From IMG/VR virus record IMGVR_UViG_2721755725_000007: a stretch of 37,725 bases of DNA. One strand, written 5' to 3'. The notes below the pieces were generated by a model. The model had not been told where the DNA came from. It did no database searches and saw only the letters and a program-made list of their open reading frames with translations. This DNA comes from a virus. Lineage: Duplodnaviria; Heunggongvirae; Uroviricota; Caudoviricetes. Shown in pieces: positions 1 through 8,042 of this stretch; the first letter of the stretch is position 1; every line of letters begins with the position of its first letter. Made by a program: the position numbers and the translations under genes.

Positions 1-327
1 ATGACTAAAAATACTCGTTTTTCCCCCGAAGTCCGTCAGCGGGCGATTCGTATGGTTCTGGAAAGTCAGGATGAATATGACTCACAGTGGGCGGCAATTT
101 GTTCCATTGCCCCAAAGATTGGCTGTACGCCGGAGACTCTGCGTGTCTGGGTTCGCCAGCATGAGCGGGATACCGGGGGCGGTGATGGTGGGCTCACCAG
201 CGCTGAACGTCAGCGTCTGAAAGAGCTGGAACGTGAAAATCGTGAACTGCGCCGCAGTAACGATATCCTTCGCCAGGCTTCCGCTTATTTTGCGAAGGCG
301 GAGTTCGACCGCCTCTGGAAAAAATGA
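1..327 (+). CDS. IS629-type transposase OrfA (HTH subunit)
   Basis: 108-aa [26 protein letters not shown]... with C-terminal leucine-zipper-like [26 protein letters not shown], typical of IS3-family OrfA. Confidence 0.85.
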   Translation: MTKNTRFSPEVRQRAIRMVLESQDEYDSQWAAICSIAPKIGCTPETLRVWVRQHERDTGGGDGGLTSAERQRLKELERENRELRRSNDILRQASAYFAKAEFDRLWKK

Positions 328-1214
328 TGCCACTGCTGGATAAGCTGCGTGAGCAGTACGGGGTCGGACCGGTATGCAGCGAACTGCATATTGCCCCGTC
401 AACGTATTACCATTGTCAGCAACAGCGACATCATCCGGATAAACGCAGTGCCCGTGCGCAGCACGACGACTGGCTGAAGAGAGAGATACAGCGCGTATAC
501 GATGAAAATCATCAGGTGTACGGTGTGCGTAAAGTCTGGCGTCAGTTGTTACGGGAAGGAATCAGGGTGGCCAGATGTACAGTGGCACGTCTCATGGCGG
601 TTATGGGACTTGCCGGTGTTCTCCGGGGTAAAAAGGTCCGTACGACCATCAGCCGGAAAGCCGTTGCCGCAGGCGACCGCGTAAACCGTCAGTTCGTGGC
701 AGAACGACCTGACCAGCTGTGGGTGGCTGATTTTACTTACGTCAGCACATGGCAGGGCTTCGTCTATGTGGCGTTTATCATTGATGTGTTTGCCGGATAC
801 ATCGTGGGGTGGCGGGTCTCATCGTCTATGGAAACGACATTCGTGCTGGATGCGCTGGAGCAGGCGTTGTGGGCCCGTCGTCCGTCTGGCACCATCCATC
901 ACAGCGATAAAGGCTCTCAGTATGTGTCACTGGCCTATACGGAGCGACTAAAAGAAGCCGGATTACTGGCATCAACAGGGAGTACAGGCGACTCGTATGA
1001 CAACGCGATGGCTGAGAGCATCAATGGTCTTTACAAAGCGGAGGTAATACACCGTAAGAGCTGGAAAAACCGTGCAGAAGTGGAACTGGCCACACTCACG
1101 TGGGTGGACTGGTATAACAATCGACGATTGCTGGGAAGGCTGGGCCATACTCCTCCGGCAGAAGCAGAAAAAGCTTATTATGCTTCCATCGGAAACGATG
1201 ATCTGGCAGCCTGA
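324..1214 (+). CDS. IS629-type transposase OrfB (DDE catalytic domain; normally expressed as OrfAB by -1 frameshift)
   Basis: 296-aa ORF overlapping orfA in the -1 frame; contains DDE-integrase-like core (..WVADFTYV.. HSDKGSQY.. DNAMAES..). Confidence 0.85.
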   Translation: MMPLLDKLREQYGVGPVCSELHIAPSTYYHCQQQRHHPDKRSARAQHDDWLKREIQRVYDENHQVYGVRKVWRQLLREGIRVARCTVARLMAVMGLAGVLRGKKVRTTISRKAVAAGDRVNRQFVAERPDQLWVADFTYVSTWQGFVYVAFIIDVFAGYIVGWRVSSSMETTFVLDALEQALWARRPSGTIHHSDKGSQYVSLAYTERLKEAGLLASTGSTGDSYDNAMAESINGLYKAEVIHRKSWKNRAEVELATLTWVDWYNNRRLLGRLGHTPPAEAEKAYYASIGNDDLAA

Positions 1215-1277
1215 GTTCACAGATAAAACACTCTCCAGGAAACCCGGGGCGGTTCACAGGCAGGTGAAAGTGAACCA

Positions 1278-1814
1278 GTGTCACCGGTACCGAAAGTGAC
1301 AGCGCAAATGCTGACTGAGGCGATTGAACAACATGGCCCACAAACGGCGGATGAGCTGGCACTGATGTTCGGGATTACCTCCCGCCGGGCGAATTCATCG
1401 CTGGCCATGGCAATCAGCAAAGGGCGTCTGATTCGCGTGAATCAGGGCGGTAAATTTCGTTACTGCATACCGGGCGCTGATTTACCGGCAGAGCCGGAAG
1501 CTGCATCCGTAGCGGAAACCGATGGTAAAGCCTTTCCTCAGCCAGCAGGTGTTGCGTTACCAGTCCAGGAAACGACGACACAGGAAGAAATGAAAACAGA
1601 AATCGTGGAAGACATTGTGAAGTTACAGCCATCGGTCACCGAAACGAAAGCAGATGACCTGATTCTACCATCGCTGCATGTGGCTAACCGCGAGCTGCGC
1701 CGGGTAAAAGGTCAGGTTCAGAAGTGGGAGCGAGTCTGCGCCGCGCTGCGGGAGCTGAACAAGTGCCGGGATATTCTCCGGGATATTACCGCCACCAGAG
1801 AACAGCAGCGGTGA
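1278..1814 (+). CDS. hypothetical phage protein abutting the IS end (5' part possibly removed by the IS insertion)
   Basis: 178-aa ORF starting at GTG 1278 (or ATG 1308) only 22 nt after the IS629 end; no family recognised; stop overlaps next start (GTGA). Confidence 0.45.
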   Translation: MSPVPKVTAQMLTEAIEQHGPQTADELALMFGITSRRANSSLAMAISKGRLIRVNQGGKFRYCIPGADLPAEPEAASVAETDGKAFPQPAGVALPVQETTTQEEMKTEIVEDIVKLQPSVTETKADDLILPSLHVANRELRRVKGQVQKWERVCAALRELNKCRDILRDITATREQQR

Positions 1815-1873
1815 GTGGGTGGAAGACGTGGTGCCGGGCTGAAATTCTGATACTCCGGCAGTGCGCGGGAACA

Positions 1874-2128
1874 ATGAAGGTAAAAAGCATTGGCGCGCTT
1901 ATCGGACGAACTGAAGCGGCAGTGAGAACGAAGGCACGGGAGCTGGGCATCAGCATGATGTTACGTGGTGATTTTCACCCGTCGGCAAAATATTCACAGC
2001 GTGATATTGAGCTGGCGCGGCAACTGCATCAGCGCGGTGTACCCCGACGGGAAATTGCCGAAAAGTTCGGAATGAAGTTGCGTGCAGTGAATAACTACGT
2101 TTATTTCGACAGGAGGGTTCAGGCGTGA
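1874..2128 (+). CDS. hypothetical small protein with helix-turn-helix-like segments
   Basis: ATG 1874 preceded by GGGA; alternative in-frame GTG 1811 overlapping the upstream stop; product MKVKSIGALIGRTEAAVRTKARELGIS...RREIAEKFGMKLRAVNNY. Confidence 0.45.
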   Translation: MKVKSIGALIGRTEAAVRTKARELGISMMLRGDFHPSAKYSQRDIELARQLHQRGVPRREIAEKFGMKLRAVNNYVYFDRRVQA

Positions 2129-2421
2129 GGGTGAGAATTTATATCGCCGGTCCAATGACGGGATATGAAAATTTCAACCGCGAGGCATTTCACAGGGCGG
2201 AAGAAGCACTGAAACGGGAAGGGCATACCGTCTTAAACCCGGCAGTACTTCCGGACGGGCTGACACAGCCGCACTACATGGATATTTGCATGGCAATGAT
2301 TCGTTGTGTGGATGCGGTTTATATGCTGAATGGCTGGCAGCGGTCAGCGGGCGCTAAGGCAGAGCTGGCACTGGCGGAGAAACTGGGGCATGCGGTGATT
2401 TATCAGGAGGTGGCTCAATGA
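2125..2421 (+). CDS. DUF4406-type (nucleoside 2-deoxyribosyltransferase-like) phage protein
   Basis: GTG start 8 nt after AGGAGGG; product MRVRIYIAGPMTG...GWQRSAGAKAELALAEKLG has the motif pattern of DUF4406 proteins of lambdoid phages. Confidence 0.7.
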   Translation: MRVRIYIAGPMTGYENFNREAFHRAEEALKREGHTVLNPAVLPDGLTQPHYMDICMAMIRCVDAVYMLNGWQRSAGAKAELALAEKLGHAVIYQEVAQ

Positions 2422-2879
2422 GAGAGGTTAACTATGAGGCGCTTCGTGAGGCAGCACAAAACTATCAGTCGACGCTGGCGTGGTATCAGGCTATCCCGGA
2501 CAGCCCAAATGCTGAACGGGATTGTGATGCGGCTCTTGCTGCGTTTAAGCGTCACATCCGTCATCGGGAAGCGGATATTATCGCTGATTTGCTGGATGGA
2601 CTGGAAGAAGCAAAATCACAACTCAACGAGCAACGTGAGTATTACGAAGGTGTTATCTCGGATGGGAGTAAGCGCATTGCTGAACTGGAAGCGCGGGAAG
2701 TTCAATTACCGACTCGCTACGACCTTCGATATGGACACCCGATAAATGCAGATGAGCGACAAGTCATGATACCTAAAGAAAATGGCAGTTGGCTTTACCT
2801 GATTGACCTAGAACACGCATTACGCGTCGCTGGCATTCGCATCAAAGGAGAGGAGCATGGAAATAAAACCAGAAGATGA
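2418..2879 (+). CDS. Ead/Ea22-like phage protein
   Basis: ATG after CAGGAGG; C-terminal segment IAELEAREVQLPTRYDLRYGHPINADERQVMIPKENGSWLYL...AGIRIKGE is characteristic of the Ead/Ea22 family. Confidence 0.7.
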   Translation: MREVNYEALREAAQNYQSTLAWYQAIPDSPNAERDCDAALAAFKRHIRHREADIIADLLDGLEEAKSQLNEQREYYEGVISDGSKRIAELEAREVQLPTRYDLRYGHPINADERQVMIPKENGSWLYLIDLEHALRVAGIRIKGEEHGNKTRR

Positions 2880-3213
2880 GTTAAGTAATATTGTTTTATT
2901 TCCGGTAAAAGAGGATGACCCACGTAATCAGGTTAATTTTCTTTATGAGCCATCGGAAAGACCATACTGCCATCACGCCTCTGTCCGGGTTGACGAAAAA
3001 GAGCGTCAGGTCCGCTGTAAAATCTGCGGTTCAGTTGTGGAGCCGTTTGACTGGATGCTCTCTGTGGCGAAAAGAGAAACCAGACTGGCAGATGATGTAA
3101 AGCTATTGCGCCAGGAGGAACAGGAAAGGCGAAAAAATATAGAAAAGTTAATTCAGATTGAGCGTAACGCGAAAGCGCGGATACGCAGGGCGTCAAAATC
3201 CAGAACTGAATAA
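2857..3213 (+). CDS. hypothetical phage protein with putative zinc-ribbon (C-H-H ... CxxC)
   Basis: ATG 2857 after AGGAG; product contains YCHHASVRVDEKERQVRCKICGS; basic coiled C-terminus. Confidence 0.55.
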   Translation: MEIKPEDELSNIVLFPVKEDDPRNQVNFLYEPSERPYCHHASVRVDEKERQVRCKICGSVVEPFDWMLSVAKRETRLADDVKLLRQEEQERRKNIEKLIQIERNAKARIRRASKSRTE

Positions 3214-3308
3214 TTAAATTCAGCACTGTTAAAAATTTAATCCTTAACCGGAGGGATTCCTGCACCCTCAGAACATAAGGAGACCGCCTGAAAGGGTGGT
3301 AATGAAAA

Positions 3309-3680
3309 ATGACTGAATTAACCAAAGAGCAATTAATCAAGGAAGCCAAATTAAAAATAGCGGTTGCGAACTGTTACCCTAATTCAGAGATGGCCAGGGT
3401 AGAGGGTGAGCTATTCAAAATTGCACTGGCATCGCTGGAAGCAGAACCGATAGCGTGGGAATGCGGTGAAAACATAATCCTGTTTAACCCTGACACAGTT
3501 GAAGCATACGCAAAACGTGCGGAAATATCACCTAAACCACTATTCTCCGCGCCGCCAGCGCTGGTAGTGCCTGATAAGTTGCCGCGTGAATACAGAAACG
3601 GTTGGCCTCTTGCGTATAGTGATTATGCTGAAGGCTGGAACGACTGCCGCGAAGCCATGCTTCAGGGAGATAAATCATGA
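3309..3680 (+). CDS. hypothetical phage protein (ea-region type)
   Basis: 123-aa ORF; stop overlaps next start (ATGA); no confident family assignment. Confidence 0.55.
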   Translation: MTELTKEQLIKEAKLKIAVANCYPNSEMARVEGELFKIALASLEAEPIAWECGENIILFNPDTVEAYAKRAEISPKPLFSAPPALVVPDKLPREYRNGWPLAYSDYAEGWNDCREAMLQGDKS

Positions 3681-4030
3681 TTAATCGTATCAAGCTGGAG
3701 CACATCCTCGAATATGCCAGGCAGCAGAGGCATATTGGTCAGCATTGTAAAATTCCACCAGGAGATATGGTTGAAATCATGGAGATTGCCATGCGCAAGG
3801 CTGGCAATTCTCCGGTAACTCCGGATGGTTGGATAAGCTGTAGTGAGCGAATGCCGCCAGTTGGTGTTGATGTACAACTGTTTGTGTCCAGCACGGGTGA
3901 ACAGTTTACAGGTTTTAACCTGGATAATACGGGTGACTTCCAGTATGCGCAGTGTTTCGGTGCGCCCATCGTGTGTGAAGCCACACACTGGATGCCGCTA
4001 CCAGAACCGCCGAAGGAGGTGCGCCAATGA
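3677..4030 (+). CDS. DUF551-domain phage protein
   Basis: Product has WISCSERMPP ... THWMPLPEPP, the signature I associate with DUF551 proteins of enterobacterial prophages. Confidence 0.7.
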   Translation: MINRIKLEHILEYARQQRHIGQHCKIPPGDMVEIMEIAMRKAGNSPVTPDGWISCSERMPPVGVDVQLFVSSTGEQFTGFNLDNTGDFQYAQCFGAPIVCEATHWMPLPEPPKEVRQ

Positions 4031-4110
4031 GCTGGCCTGAAGCCTTCTCAAATGTTGGTATTGCAATGGCGGTGGCGCTGGTTGTGTATTCGATTTGCCG
4101 CTGGGGATAA
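4027..4110 (+). CDS. candidate 27-aa hydrophobic peptide (MSWPEAFSNVGIAMAVALVVYSICRWG)
   Basis: ATG overlaps the DUF551 stop (ATGA); strong Shine-Dalgarno AAGGAGG at 4013-4019, 7 nt upstream; single predicted transmembrane helix; followed by a terminator hairpin. Confidence 0.35.
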   Translation: MSWPEAFSNVGIAMAVALVVYSICRWG

Positions 4111-4122
4111 TTTGCTGAAAAA

Positions 4123-4160
4123 AGATCCCGACACACACATGAGTCGGGGATCTTTGATTT
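4123..4160. terminator. bidirectional intrinsic terminator-like hairpin between convergent + strand operon and - strand toxin-antitoxin operon
   Basis: Inverted repeat AGATCCCGAC ... GTCGGGGATCT (one bulge) flanked by A-run upstream and TTTGATTT downstream. Confidence 0.45.
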
Positions 4161-4235
4161 ATATAGCCTACGAATCCGCCAGTAAGAGAGGGGGCGGACG
4201 GTTTATTCTAATACTGGAATTATGTGGGGAAAAGT

Positions 4236-4535
4236 TTATAAGAAATCGGTTTCATAACTTTGTCCGCCATGATAAATACCTGCGATAAAGACTTTATTGC
4301 CATCAACGGCAAAAGCAATAATCGTTCTGTGGCGGAAGTGAGTTACCCGCATTCCCTGTCGAATATCATCGCGTTTATTGCCCCGATGCGGGAATGTGGA
4401 AAACCCATCAAGATAATCAAGAAGTGCATTGGCATAATTGTCAGCAATGACGCTCCCTGCTTTCTCCGTTATATATCTGTGCAGGTTGATTATCTGCTGT
4501 TCGGCCTCAGGAGTAATGATGACTTCATATGTCAT
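4236..4535 (-). CDS. type II toxin, ParE/RelE superfamily
   Basis: 99-aa product MTYEVIITPEAEQQIINLHRYI...GMRVTHFRHRTIIAFAVDGNKVFIAGIYHGGQSYE; lies 5 nt downstream of the antitoxin gene on the - strand. Confidence 0.75.
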   Translation of the reverse strand: MTYEVIITPEAEQQIINLHRYITEKAGSVIADNYANALLDYLDGFSTFPHRGNKRDDIRQGMRVTHFRHRTIIAFAVDGNKVFIAGIYHGGQSYETDFL

Positions 4536-4540
4536 GCAGA

Positions 4541-4798
4541 TTACTTCCCGGCTCGAATCGCGGCGCGAACCTGTGAAATGGAGCGTCCGTTGTTTGGGTT
4601 TTCGCGGATAGAATCGAGAGATGGGGCGGCTGAATGCGTTAACCACGCTTCGATTGCTTTATCGCGCTCATTCAGTGCGCGAAGCCCTTCACGAATGACC
4701 TCACTTTCTGAAGCATAGGCACCGGAAGCCACACGGGCGCGCACCATGTCAGCCATCTCGTTAGTTAATGTAATGCTGAATTGTTGGGTTGTACGCAT
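4541..4798 (-). CDS. type II antitoxin, ribbon-helix-helix (ParD/CopG-like)
   Basis: 85-aa product MRTTQQFSITLTNEMADMVRARVASGAYASESEVIREGLRAL...; GGGAGG 7 nt upstream of the ATG on the - strand. Confidence 0.75.
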   Translation of the reverse strand: MRTTQQFSITLTNEMADMVRARVASGAYASESEVIREGLRALNERDKAIEAWLTHSAAPSLDSIRENPNNGRSISQVRAAIRAGK

Positions 4799-4851
4799 GG
4801 TAAACCTCCCGGAGTAGGATAGAACACTATTCGATGATAGCACACTGCCTG

Positions 4852-4878
4852 TTGACGACAACAGAAATCAGATACAAT
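4852..4878 (+). promoter_or_regulatory. candidate sigma70 promoter (TTGACG-N15-TACAAT) for the rightward DUF968/rusA/Q genes, divergent from the toxin-antitoxin promoter
   Basis: -35 TTGACG at 4852-4857, -10 TACAAT at 4873-4878; spacer is short (15 nt). On the opposite strand TTGTCG ... TATCAT could serve the antitoxin. Confidence 0.3.
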
Positions 4879-4933
4879 ATTGCCGCACGCCAGCCTGAAC
4901 AACTGGCACCTGCTGCGCCAGCAGAGACAACCG

Positions 4934-5212
4934 ATGGCGCACGATACCAGATTTTACAATTCGGATAACTCCGCCGCCCCTGCCAGCAGGCATGGGCGGC
5001 GTTCTCATGCATTCAAATCTGACTGGTTCCAGCATGACCCATGCACTGAAGAACAGGCCGAATGGCTGATCCAGTGCTACCGCAGACGTGGTTACGAGTT
5101 TCAGAAAGATCTCAGTTTCTATCGTCGTCACTGGATAATCTCTGTCAGGCTCCCTTATTCCGAATGCCCACCGCGTCCGTCCCGCACATTCCAGCAGCGC
5201 ATCTGGAGGTAA
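4934..5212 (+). CDS. hypothetical protein, translationally coupled to the DUF968 gene
   Basis: In-frame ATG 4934 of the ORF listed from 4880 (TTG); stop TAA 5210-5212 lies 1 nt before the DUF968 GTG, and the GGAGG serving DUF968 is inside its 3' end; weak own SD. Confidence 0.3.
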   Translation: MAHDTRFYNSDNSAAPASRHGRRSHAFKSDWFQHDPCTEEQAEWLIQCYRRRGYEFQKDLSFYRRHWIISVRLPYSECPPRPSRTFQQRIWR

Positions 5213-5213
5213 C

Positions 5214-6263
5214 GTGCGGGTATTACTTCGACCTGTTCTGGTGCCGGAACTCGGGATGGTGGTCCTTAAGCCGGGCCGTGAATCAATGTCAGCATTCCAT
5301 AACGGCAGAATATTGGTGGAGCCGGAACCGAAAAACATGCGCGGTCTGCCGTCCGGAGTCGTTCCCGCCGTTCGCCAGCCGCTGGCAGAGGATAAAACAT
5401 TACTGCCATTTTTCAGCGATGAGCGGGTTATTCGTGCTGCTGGTGGTGCTGGTGCACTGTCTGACTGGTTATTACGTCACGTGAAATCCTGCCAGTGGCC
5501 ACACGGCGATTATCATCACAGCGAAACGGTCATTCACCGTTACGGTACCGGCGCGATGGTGTTGTGCTGGCACTGCGACAACCAGCTGCGCGACCAGACA
5601 TCAGAATCACTCGATCAACTTGCTCAGCAGAATCTGGTTGCCTGGATGATTGATGTCATCCGTCACGCAATAAGCGGTACGCAGGAGAGGGAGTTATCGC
5701 TGGCCGAATTATCCTGGTGGGCGGCCTGCAATCAGGTGGTGGATGCACTACCTGAGGCAGTAGCGCGTCGTTCGCTGGGATTACCGGCGGAAAAAATCCG
5801 CTCCGTATACCGTGAGAGTGACATCGTACCGGGAGAACAGACAGCCATCAGCATACTGAAGCAGCGCACAAAAAATATTGCGCTGCCACTTCACGTCCAC
5901 CAGCAACAAAATCCACCACAGAAAAAAACGGTTGTCAGTATCGCCGTTGATCCGGAGTCTCCTGAATCGTTCATGAGGCGGCCTAAACGTCGCCGTTGGG
6001 TTAATGAGAAATACACGCGCTGGGTAAAGACACAGCCGTGTGCGTGTTGTGGTAAGCCAGCTGACGATCCGCATCACCTGATTGGTCATGGTCAGGGGGG
6101 AGTGGGAACAAAGGCCCACGATATTTTCACGCTACCGTTGTGCCGGGAGCACCACAACGAACTTCATGCAGACCCGCTGAAGTTTGAGAAAAAGTACGGC
6201 TCTCAGGTTGAGTTAATTTTTCGTTTTCTTGATCACGCCTTTGCGACTGGCGTGCTCGGGTAA
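5214..6263 (+). CDS. DUF968 phage protein (YdfU-like) with C-terminal HNH/zinc-finger-like motif
   Basis: 349-aa ORF, GTG start 5 nt after GGAGG; C-terminus PCACCGKPADDPHHLIGHGQGG...LCREHHNELHADP; same size and position (upstream of rusA/Q) as nin-region DUF968 proteins. Confidence 0.75.
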   Translation: MRVLLRPVLVPELGMVVLKPGRESMSAFHNGRILVEPEPKNMRGLPSGVVPAVRQPLAEDKTLLPFFSDERVIRAAGGAGALSDWLLRHVKSCQWPHGDYHHSETVIHRYGTGAMVLCWHCDNQLRDQTSESLDQLAQQNLVAWMIDVIRHAISGTQERELSLAELSWWAACNQVVDALPEAVARRSLGLPAEKIRSVYRESDIVPGEQTAISILKQRTKNIALPLHVHQQQNPPQKKTVVSIAVDPESPESFMRRPKRRRWVNEKYTRWVKTQPCACCGKPADDPHHLIGHGQGGVGTKAHDIFTLPLCREHHNELHADPLKFEKKYGSQVELIFRFLDHAFATGVLG

Positions 6264-6275
6264 AAGAGGTGACTG

Positions 6276-6650
6276 ATGCTCATAGATTTGGTTTTACCTT
6301 ACCCGCCGACGGTGAACACTTACTGGCGACGCCGTGGCAGCACATATTTTGTATCAAAAGCCGGGGAGCGTTATCGCCGGGCAGTGGCGCTTATTGTTCG
6401 CCAGCAGCGGCTGAAATTAAGCCTGTCCGGACGGCTGGCAATAAAAATTATTGCAGAACCACCGGATAAGCGCCGCCGTGACCTGGACAATATTCTGAAA
6501 GCACCGCTGGATGCGCTGACGCACGCGGGGTTGTTAATGGACGATGAGCAGTTTGATGAAATCAATATTGTACGTGGAAAGCCAGTATCTGGTGGACGTC
6601 TGGGGGTGAAGATTTACCCCATAATGCTTGAAGGGCAGGTTAAAAAATGA
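6276..6650 (+). CDS. rusA: RusA Holliday-junction resolvase (crossover junction endodeoxyribonuclease)
   Basis: 124-aa product with ...PPTVNTYWRR... and ...DKRRRDLDNILKAPLDALTHAGLLMDDEQ... matching the RusA family; AAGAGG upstream of ATG. Confidence 0.85.
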   Translation: MLIDLVLPYPPTVNTYWRRRGSTYFVSKAGERYRRAVALIVRQQRLKLSLSGRLAIKIIAEPPDKRRRDLDNILKAPLDALTHAGLLMDDEQFDEINIVRGKPVSGGRLGVKIYPIMLEGQVKK

Positions 6651-7468
6651 AACTGGAAGATTTACCGAAATACTACTCCCCAAAATCCCCTGGCCTGACC
6701 GATGCATCGGCCTCAACGTCAAAAGATGCGCTGAGTATCACTGATGTGATGGCCGCGCAGGGCATGACACAGAATCGGGCTGAGATGGGGTTTTCTGCGT
6801 TCCTTGGGAAAATGGGCATTAGTATGAATGACAGAGAGCGGGCAACAGAATTGCTGACAGAATATGCACTCAGTCGGTGTGATCGCGTGGCGGCGTTAAG
6901 AAAACTCCCGGCAGAAATAAAACCGGCAGTGATGCGTATTATGGCTTCGTATGCGTTTGAAGATTATGCCCGTAGCGCGGCGAGCAAAAAACAGTGCCCC
7001 TGCTGTCACGGAAAAAAATTTATTGAAAGCGAGGTTTTTACAAACAAGATCCAGTATCCGGATGGTAAGCCGCCAGTGTGGGCAAAGTGCACAAAAGGCG
7101 TGTATCCGTCTTACTGGGAGGAATGGAAAAAAGTCAGGGAGGTGGTAAAAGTTGCCTGTCCGGAGTGTGGAGGGAAGGGAGAGGTATCCACTGCCTGTAA
7201 AGATTGTCGTGGGCGCGGTGTTGCCATTCATCGTGAAGAGTCGGAAAAACAGGGTGTGCCGGTTTTCAGAAACTGTCAGCGTTGTGGTGGGCGTGGCTAT
7301 GAAAGATTACCTTCAACGGAGGCATTTAATGCCATATGTAATGTAACCGATGCCATATCTCTTGATACATGGAAAAAAACAGTTAAACGTTTTTACGATA
7401 CGCTGGTGGTGCAGTTTGATATTGAAGAAGCATGGGCAGAACAACAACTGAAAAAGGTGACCAGATAG
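6647..7468 (+). CDS. late-gene antiterminator, Q-like (Qin/82-type family, zinc-finger CxxC pairs)
   Basis: 273-aa ORF overlapping the rusA stop (ATGA); repeated CxxC motifs (CPCCHG, CPECGG, CKDCRG, CQRCGG); immediately upstream of a lambda-like pR'/tR' region. Confidence 0.8.
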   Translation: MKLEDLPKYYSPKSPGLTDASASTSKDALSITDVMAAQGMTQNRAEMGFSAFLGKMGISMNDRERATELLTEYALSRCDRVAALRKLPAEIKPAVMRIMASYAFEDYARSAASKKQCPCCHGKKFIESEVFTNKIQYPDGKPPVWAKCTKGVYPSYWEEWKKVREVVKVACPECGGKGEVSTACKDCRGRGVAIHREESEKQGVPVFRNCQRCGGRGYERLPSTEAFNAICNVTDAISLDTWKKTVKRFYDTLVVQFDIEEAWAEQQLKKVTR

Positions 7469-7473
7469 CTTTG

Positions 7474-7501
7474 TTGATTTTTCCCGAATCTGTGGTAAAT
7501 T
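7474..7501 (+). promoter_or_regulatory. candidate late promoter pR' (-35 TTGATT, -10 TAAATT) with Q-utilisation region
   Basis: Sequence GGTAAATTTG...AACGATGGG directly after Q resembles the lambda pR' -10/initial transcribed region as I recall it; 16-nt spacer. Confidence 0.5.
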
Positions 7502-7550
7502 TGCCCTAACGATGGGCGTTTTATGCCTGACGTTAGAAGATTTTTTACAC

Positions 7551-7572
7551 CCCGCCGCCTGGCGGGTTTTTT
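7551..7572 (+). terminator. intrinsic terminator, tR'-like
   Basis: CCCGCC-GCCT-GGCGGG stem-loop followed by TTTTTT; about 50 nt downstream of the candidate pR' start site. Confidence 0.65.
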
Positions 7573-7694
7573 ATGACTGAAATCGCGTCAGTACAGTAAA
7601 CGCGCTGGTGGCGGTGAATACCGGTCTTTCAGCTTGCTGGCTTTTTTGACAAGAGTTATTGGTGTGTCACGTTAACCGGAAAAGGGAAAAAAGC

Positions 7695-7892
7695 ATGCTA
7701 AAACAGCAGGATATGACAGAAACCGCCAGAGCAGTGTTTAATGAATTAAGCGTCACCGAACCGGCGACAGTCGGGGAGATTGCGCAGAATACTTACCTTT
7801 CACGCGAACGCTGCCAGTTAATACTGACCCAGCTTGTTATGGCGGGTCTGGCAGACTATCAGTTCGGTTGTTACAGACGCCTTCAGTCCTGA
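7695..7892 (+). CDS. small winged-helix DNA-binding protein, PapI/FaeA-like
   Basis: 65-aa product; AAGGGA 7 nt upstream of ATG 7695; ...TVGEIAQNTYLSRERCQLILTQLVMAGLADY resembles the PapI/FaeA recognition-helix region. The longer ORF from 7659 lacks an SD. Confidence 0.5.
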   Translation: MLKQQDMTETARAVFNELSVTEPATVGEIAQNTYLSRERCQLILTQLVMAGLADYQFGCYRRLQS

Positions 7893-7902
7893 AGGCTTTT
7901 TT
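7879..7902 (+). terminator. intrinsic terminator-like hairpin after the small winged-helix gene
   Basis: GCCTTCAG ... CTGAAGGC inverted repeat (includes the stop codon) followed by TTTTTT. Confidence 0.5.
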
Positions 7903-8042
7903 ATTTGTGGTAAATGGGCGGCTGGTGGGTGTTAGGGGCACTCACCAGCCATCTGCTCATGCGTCTGGATCACAAGCAAACCTCAGGCCCACTGCTTTGC
8001 GCAAAAGCAGAATGAGCCTATCAGAGACAGGCTTAATGATCC

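Larger units (their letters stand above)
1..1256 (+). mobile_element. IS3-family insertion sequence, IS629/IS1203-like, partial (left inverted repeat lies upstream of window position 1)
   Basis: Two overlapping ORFs (orfA 1-327; orfB 324-1214 in the -1 frame) whose translations match the IS629 OrfA/OrfB transposase as I remember it; A6 run 319-324 at the orfA/orfB junction; element end ...CCCGGGGCGGTTCA at 1243-1256 resembles the IS629 terminal repeat. Confidence 0.85.

Noticed and set aside
7646-7674. sigma70 promoter for the small winged-helix gene
   Set aside because: A perfect -35 TTGACA is present, but no acceptable -10 hexamer lies 16-19 nt downstream (ACGTTA/GTTAAC); kept only as a remark inside a finding.
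7659-7694. N-terminal extension (MVCHVNRKREKS) of the small winged-helix ORF
   Set aside because: No ribosome-binding site before 7659, whereas ATG 7695 has AAGGGA at the proper spacing.
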